Source: an uncultured Gemmatimonadota bacterium
Lineage (GTDB): Bacteria; SM23-81
Direction: 5' to 3'
DNA length: 10,775 nucleotides
Assembly: GCA_964584035.1 (NCBI GenBank)
Contig: CAZOYL010000092.1
Span: forward strand, 1-10,775
Shown here: positions 6,703 to 10,775 of the stretch, piece after piece
Layout: the number at the start of each line of letters is the position of its first letter
Position numbering within the stretch: position 1 is the stretch's first letter
Translations under genes and position numbers: made by a program
The notes under the pieces: model-generated
The model's input: the letters and a program-made list of their open reading frames with translations, nothing else
The model's database searches: none
Told to the model about the DNA's origin: nothing

Positions 6703-7125
6703 ATGAAATCGTTCCAACCGAAGATCATCTATTTTCTCTGCAATTGGTGCGGCACGGGGGGATGTGAAACCGCCTCAGCGCATCGTTTGTATTATCCTGA
6801 GAATGTACTGATCTCCAGGGTCAACTGTACCGGATCGCTGTCTGCCGTTCATATCCTCAGACCGCTCATAGAGGGCGCCGATGGAGTCGTTATTTCCGGC
6901 TGCCATCCGGGGGATTGTCATTTCGAGACCGGAAACTATCGGGCCAGGAGAAGGATTGCCATGGTCAAATCGATCCTCGAGACGCTGGGGCTGGGGCCGG
7001 AAAGGGTCTGGTTTCGGTATGTCGCCCATGGAGAGGGTCAGAGGTTTGTCGACACGGCGGTGGAGTTCAATGATCACATCAAAAAACTTGGTCCCAATCC
7101 GCTCAAGCTGAGGAGGGACACGTGA
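6703..7125 (+). CDS. mvhD: MvhD/FlpD-family [2Fe-2S] protein, divergent copy, 140 aa
   Basis: FQPKII.FLCNWC, RVNCTG, GADGV, GCHPGDCHF..GNY.ARRR. ATG 6703 has AGGAG at 6693-6697. The alternative ATG 6679 overlaps the hdrA stop. Confidence 0.9.
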   Translation: MKSFQPKIIYFLCNWCGTGGCETASAHRLYYPENVLISRVNCTGSLSAVHILRPLIEGADGVVISGCHPGDCHFETGNYRARRRIAMVKSILETLGLGPERVWFRYVAHGEGQRFVDTAVEFNDHIKKLGPNPLKLRRDT

Positions 7126-8249
7126 AGGGTGCGACGATTCCGGCCAAAACGGGTCTCACGGATGCCATTATCGGCTTCCTCAGGGGAGCGTTGAAAAAAG
7201 GGATCTTTGACGCCCTGCTTGTCCCGGTCAGGGTTCCCGGCGGCGACTCCTTCAGCTATGTCTTGATGAGGGATGAGGCCTTGCTGAAAGAAGCGTCTCC
7301 GTTGTCTCCGGTGATGCCCGTCCAGGGCGCCAAGGCGCTGACGAGTTTAACCAGATATGGAAAGGGTCCCCGGAGAATTGCCGCTCTCATGCGGCCGTGT
7401 GAGATCCGCGCTGTCATCGAACTGCAGAAACTCGATCAGGTGAACCTCGAGAACATCTTTCTGATGAGCATGGACTGTCCGGGTGTTTTGCCTCTGGGCG
7501 AGTATCTCAAAGACCCCCCAAAAGGCGATGCCGTCTATGAAAAGGCTCTCGCAGGGTGGACGCTCGAATCGCCCCGGTGGGTCTGCGATATCTGCGAGAC
7601 CTTCAGCATGACCTCTTCTGACCTGCATATCGGGATCCCGGGAGCGCCCCGGGGCGGACTTCTTCTCATCCCCGGCACGGACAGGGGCAAGGAGCTTCTC
7701 AAACGGCTCGATATCAAGCTCGATACTCCGTTGAAAAACTGGCAGGCAAGGGTGCGAAAAATCACCGAGGAGAGAGGGCAAAAAAGAAAGCAAAGACTGC
7801 AGACATTTCGTCGAGAAATTCAAGGCGCGGAGCGATTGCTCCATGTTTTCAGCAACTGCATCAATTGTCACAACTGTATGAGGGTCTGTCCGGTCTGCTA
7901 CTGCCGCCAGTGCTATTTCGATTCCGAGGCGCTCAAGATGAATCCGGATAATTATGTCATGCGGGCCCGCAGGAAGGGTGGATTGCGGCTCATGCCCGAC
8001 ACCCTGCTGTTCCAGCTGGGCCGTATGTCCCACATGAGTTTCTCCTGCGTGTCCTGCGGAATGTGCGAAGACGCCTGCCCAATGGACATTCCGGTCTCAA
8101 GAATATTTACTCTGGTGGCCGATGATGCTCAGGGTGTCTTCGATTATCGCGCCGGCCGGAGTCCTCAGGAGCCTCTGCCTCAGGCCGTCTATCAGGAGGA
8201 GGAGCTGAAAGAGGTGGAAACGCCCTACCACGAGACCTATCGTCGGTAG
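7122..8249 (+). CDS. FdhB/FrhB-family (F420 hydrogenase/dehydrogenase beta-like) polyferredoxin Fe-S protein, paralog 1
   Basis: RPCEIRA, MDCPG, RWVCDIC, CINCHNCMRVCPVCYCRQC, GRMSHM, CVSCGMCEDACPMDIP. GTGA start/stop overlap with mvhD and GAGGAGG upstream, consistent with translational coupling. Confidence 0.85.
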   Translation: MKGATIPAKTGLTDAIIGFLRGALKKGIFDALLVPVRVPGGDSFSYVLMRDEALLKEASPLSPVMPVQGAKALTSLTRYGKGPRRIAALMRPCEIRAVIELQKLDQVNLENIFLMSMDCPGVLPLGEYLKDPPKGDAVYEKALAGWTLESPRWVCDICETFSMTSSDLHIGIPGAPRGGLLLIPGTDRGKELLKRLDIKLDTPLKNWQARVRKITEERGQKRKQRLQTFRREIQGAERLLHVFSNCINCHNCMRVCPVCYCRQCYFDSEALKMNPDNYVMRARRKGGLRLMPDTLLFQLGRMSHMSFSCVSCGMCEDACPMDIPVSRIFTLVADDAQGVFDYRAGRSPQEPLPQAVYQEEELKEVETPYHETYRR

Positions 8250-8282
8250 TACGTTATGGCGCCGCGTGCCTGGCGCAGCGTA
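8250..8282. other. Intercistronic stem-loop without a U tract
   Basis: TACGTT/AGCGTA outer stem and GCGCC (8259-8263)/GGCGC (8272-8276) inner stem, immediately after the stop at 8249. Confidence 0.4.
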
Positions 8283-8335
8283 AAGGATCAGAATTCGACG
8301 TGAAAGATGAACATATCCGAAAGACCGGAGGAGAG

Positions 8336-9493
8336 ATGAATATAACGTTCAAGCTCGATGCGAGCGTGGAAGAGGGTGTGAAAAAACTCCTTCTCTTTCT
8401 TTTGGAAAAAAAGAAAATAGGGGGAGCCGTCGTCCTTCAAAAAATGGACGGCCATGGTGCGGTGTCCTATTCGCTGATCACCGACGCAGGGGCGCTGGCC
8501 GATGCCTCTCCGCTTCTTCCTCTCATGCCGGTCAACGCGGCATCGGTATTGTCCCGGCTGACCCTGAAAGAGCCGTTCTCCGAGCCCATCGCCGCGGTGA
8601 TCAGGCCCTGTGAGCTGCGGGCATTCATCGAGCTGGTCAAGCGCGGTCAGGGGAATCGGGAACAGTTCATCCTGATCTCTTCCGTTTGCGGAGGCGTATA
8701 CCCGTTGCAGGCAGCCCTGACCAACGGCGGCATTGAAGAAAAACTCCCTGATTATTGGAAAGCCCTGGGGGAGGCCGAGATCGTTCCGGACCTGCGCCCC
8801 GCCTGCCGGGCCTGCGAACAGTTCATTCCGATGGGGGCGGATATGACCGTGGCCACCATGGGACGGGAGGATCTGGGGGAAACCTGCACGATTTTTTTGC
8901 AGACGGACAGGGCCGTGGAATTGATCCGGGACGCCGCAGGGGAGATGTCTGCAGGGGAGCTGTCAGAAGGGAAGGCGGGTAAAAAGAGGGCGCCGGAAGA
9001 GCGACTCGAGTCGGATCTGATCCGGCGGCACCGCGGAGCCAGGAAAGATCAGAAGAAAAAATTGTCCCGGGAGATGAAGCTGGATGCCTATGGCCTCGAC
9101 GGCATGATCGAGATGTTCGGAAAATGCATCGGCTGTCATGGATGCCGGGCGGTGTGTCCCATCTGTTATTGTGAGCTGTGCGTTTTCGAATCACAGGACT
9201 TCGAGCCGAAGCCGGTTGATTTCGAGCGGGCACTGAACAGGAAAGAAGCTTTAAGGATTCCTCCTGATACGGTTCTGTATCATCTGGGCCGGTTGAATCA
9301 TATGGCCATCTCCTGCGTGGGCTGTGGATCCTGTTCCGACGTGTGCCCCGTGGATATTCCGGTGTCGAGTATTTTTCTTCAGGTGGGAGAATCGGTTCAG
9401 GAGTTGTTCGACTATCTTCCGGGAAGAGACCCGGAAGAGGAGGTTCCCATCACCAAGTATGAGAACGAGGAATTGGCCGAATTCGAGGATTGA
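8336..9493 (+). CDS. FdhB/FrhB-family polyferredoxin Fe-S protein, paralog 2 (~385 aa)
   Basis: RPCELRA, SVCGG, RPACRAC, CIGCHGCRAVCPICYCELC, GRLNHM, CVGCGSCSDVCPVDIP; colinear with paralog 1. ATG 8336 is preceded by GGAGGA and matches the paralog 1 N-terminal length. GTG 8300 is an alternative start. Confidence 0.85.
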   Translation: MNITFKLDASVEEGVKKLLLFLLEKKKIGGAVVLQKMDGHGAVSYSLITDAGALADASPLLPLMPVNAASVLSRLTLKEPFSEPIAAVIRPCELRAFIELVKRGQGNREQFILISSVCGGVYPLQAALTNGGIEEKLPDYWKALGEAEIVPDLRPACRACEQFIPMGADMTVATMGREDLGETCTIFLQTDRAVELIRDAAGEMSAGELSEGKAGKKRAPEERLESDLIRRHRGARKDQKKKLSREMKLDAYGLDGMIEMFGKCIGCHGCRAVCPICYCELCVFESQDFEPKPVDFERALNRKEALRIPPDTVLYHLGRLNHMAISCVGCGSCSDVCPVDIPVSSIFLQVGESVQELFDYLPGRDPEEEVPITKYENEELAEFED

Positions 9494-9503
9494 GCGGATC
9501 GGC

Positions 9504-9533
9504 CGGCCGTCAGGCGGAGTATCCCGCCGGCCG
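9504..9533. other. GC-rich intercistronic stem-loop
   Basis: CGGCC-gtca-GGCGG-agtatc-CCGCC-GGCCG, with no downstream U tract on either strand. Confidence 0.5.
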
Positions 9534-9588
9534 TTCGGGTAAAAAGTGGTTCTCGTGACCGTTCCGGATCTGAAGCCAGGAGACCGTT

Positions 9589-10014
9589 ATGGAACAGCAA
9601 TTTCAACCGAAGATCGTGGGGTTTCTGTGCAACTGGTGCGCTTATCGGGGTGCGGATCTTGCCGGGGTGTCCCGGTTAAAGTACTCGGCCAGTATCCTGC
9701 CGATCAGGGTGATGTGTTCCAGCAGGATCGATCCGCTGCATATCATCACCGCGCTGTTAAACGGAGCCGATGGGGTATTGATCGCCGGCTGCCATCCGGG
9801 AGATTGCCATTATCAGAAGGGCAATTATTACACTCGCCGGCGATTTGCCGTGGTCAAGAGAATTCTGGAAAGTCTGGGCCTGGAACCCGATCGCATCAGG
9901 CTTTCGTGGGTGTCTGCCTCGGAGGGTCAAAGATTCGCTCAGGTGATCGCAGACTTCACCAAGAAGATCAGGGAATTGGGGCCGACGCCCTGCCGGGCGG
10001 AACCTTTTTTGTAA
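9589..10014 (+). CDS. mvhD: MvhD/FlpD-family [2Fe-2S] protein, canonical copy, 141 aa
   Basis: FQPKIVGFLCNWCAYRGADLAG, IRVMCSSRID, GADGVLIAGCHPGDCHY, WVSASEG. AGGAG at 9578-9582. Confidence 0.95.
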   Translation: MEQQFQPKIVGFLCNWCAYRGADLAGVSRLKYSASILPIRVMCSSRIDPLHIITALLNGADGVLIAGCHPGDCHYQKGNYYTRRRFAVVKRILESLGLEPDRIRLSWVSASEGQRFAQVIADFTKKIRELGPTPCRAEPFL

Positions 10015-10042
10015 TGAACAGGTGAATTGATAAAGGTCGATC

Positions 10043-10080
10043 AGGGGTCCGTCGCTTGTTGGCGGCCCCTTTTTCTTGTT
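10043..10080 (+). terminator. Rho-independent terminator of the hdr-like operon
   Basis: AGGGG(T)CCGTC / GGCGGCCCCT stem with one bulge, followed by TTTTCTTGTT, 28 nt after the mvhD stop. Confidence 0.75.
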
Positions 10081-10160
10081 GACCGCCGGTCACGATCCGA
10101 ACCGCTGCGGGGCCCGATGCGTCCGGGCCTGGGCTCGGTTTTGTGCTATTCAGAACCATA

Positions 10161-10189
10161 TTGCATTATGATAGAACGTACTTTATATT
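10161..10189 (+). promoter_or_regulatory. Sigma70-type promoter of the SDR gene
   Basis: TTGCAT (10161-10166), 17 nt, then TATATT (10184-10189), in an AT-rich patch ~50 nt upstream of ATG 10243. Confidence 0.6.
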
Positions 10190-10242
10190 AACGGCGTTCT
10201 CATTGTTCAACCCCCAACTTCTTCCAATTCCGAGGTCCTGCC

Positions 10243-10775
10243 ATGAACATCTTCATCACCGGAGGGACCGGTTTTATCGGCCGCCATGTGGTTGAGCGGC
10301 TGGCCGGGACGAAACATCGCCTGACCTGTCTGGTCCGGGAGGGCAGCGACGTCGAGCACCTGGAGAGGGCCGGCGCCGGCCGGGTGATTGGGGACGTCGT
10401 CGATAAAGACTCGGTGCTCAGAGGCATGAAGGGCTGCGACTGGGTCATCAATATCGCCGGGCTGTATGCCTTCTGGGTGCCGGATAAGAGGGTCTTCACC
10501 GATGTCAATATCACCGGCGCCCGTAACGTCATGGAGTGCGCGCTGGAGCTGGGCGTCTCCAAAGTGGTCCATGTCAGCACTGCGGGCGTCTACGGCAAGC
10601 CCGAACAGATGCCCTTCACCGAGGACAGTCCTCCCGGCCCGGACCGCTTCTGCGAGTATTTCCGCACCAAGTACCAGGGTGACCAGATCGCCTGGGAGCT
10701 CTACGAGAAAAAGAGCCTGCCCCTGGTGATGGTCTATCCCGGCGCCGTGCTGGGTGCCGGGGATCCCAAGGCTTC
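10243..10775 (+). CDS. NAD(P)-dependent epimerase/dehydratase, extended SDR (dihydroflavonol-reductase/HpnA-like), 3'-truncated; absent from the ORF track
   Basis: Manual translation gives MNIFITGGTGFIGRHVV...GDV...INIAG...VNITGARNV...VHVSTAGVYG...EYFRTK...VYPGAVLG, with TGxxGxxG, the catalytic Ser/Thr and YxxxK. GAGGT at 10232-10236. Open to the window end. Confidence 0.92.
   Translation, partial: MNIFITGGTGFIGRHVVERLAGTKHRLTCLVREGSDVEHLERAGAGRVIGDVVDKDSVLRGMKGCDWVINIAGLYAFWVPDKRVFTDVNITGARNVMECALELGVSKVVHVSTAGVYGKPEQMPFTEDSPPGPDRFCEYFRTKYQGDQIAWELYEKKSLPLVMVYPGAVLGAGDPKA

Noticed and set aside
6896..9811. Near-identical DNA stretches CCGGCTGCCATCCGGG.GATTG.CATT at ~6896 and ~9785
   Set aside because: Explained by the conserved GCHPGDCH motif of the two mvhD paralogs; not a mobile-element repeat.
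3731..10014. Selenocysteine recoding in HdrA/MvhD, or an HdrA-MvhD read-through fusion
   Set aside because: There is no internal in-frame TGA and all ligand positions are Cys codons. mvhD is in a different frame from hdrA, and the hdrA frame meets another TGA shortly after its stop.
3587..10729. Minus-strand and off-frame ORFs over the hdr operon and SDR gene (e.g. 3587-4330, 5186-5875, 7347-8033, 9546-10025, 10200-10580)
   Set aside because: They overlap well-supported CDSs and have no independent motifs.
10243..10775. Calling the SDR gene hpnA (hopanoid-associated)
   Set aside because: The family resemblance is generic, the gene is truncated and no hopanoid genes are visible in the window.

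Overview
Chromosomal window, probably from an anaerobic, GC-rich bacterium (Desulfobacterota/Syntrophobacterales-like gene content; this is inference). The left block has the 3' part of a TrpB2-type PLP enzyme and an inositol-monophosphatase/FBPase-family gene on +. These converge, with a 31-nt overlap, on a minus-strand IspH (LytB)-UbiA-like fusion gene. A divergent ~350-nt intergenic region carries a near-consensus sigma70 promoter for ispH-ubiA and a structured, repeat-containing leader. The middle block is a lower-GC five-gene redox operon: a double-module HdrA-like protein, a divergent MvhD, two FdhB/FrhB-like paralogs and a canonical MvhD, ending at an intrinsic terminator, with no hdrBC or catalytic donor subunit. 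At the right end an extended-SDR epimerase/reductase, missing from the ORF track, starts at 10243. Most notable: the first HdrA module has lost its FAD and core Fe-S motifs, the second shows an apparent Glu/Lys to Lys/Asp swap at the flavin site, and the leader can fold into a three-way junction with a competing hairpin.
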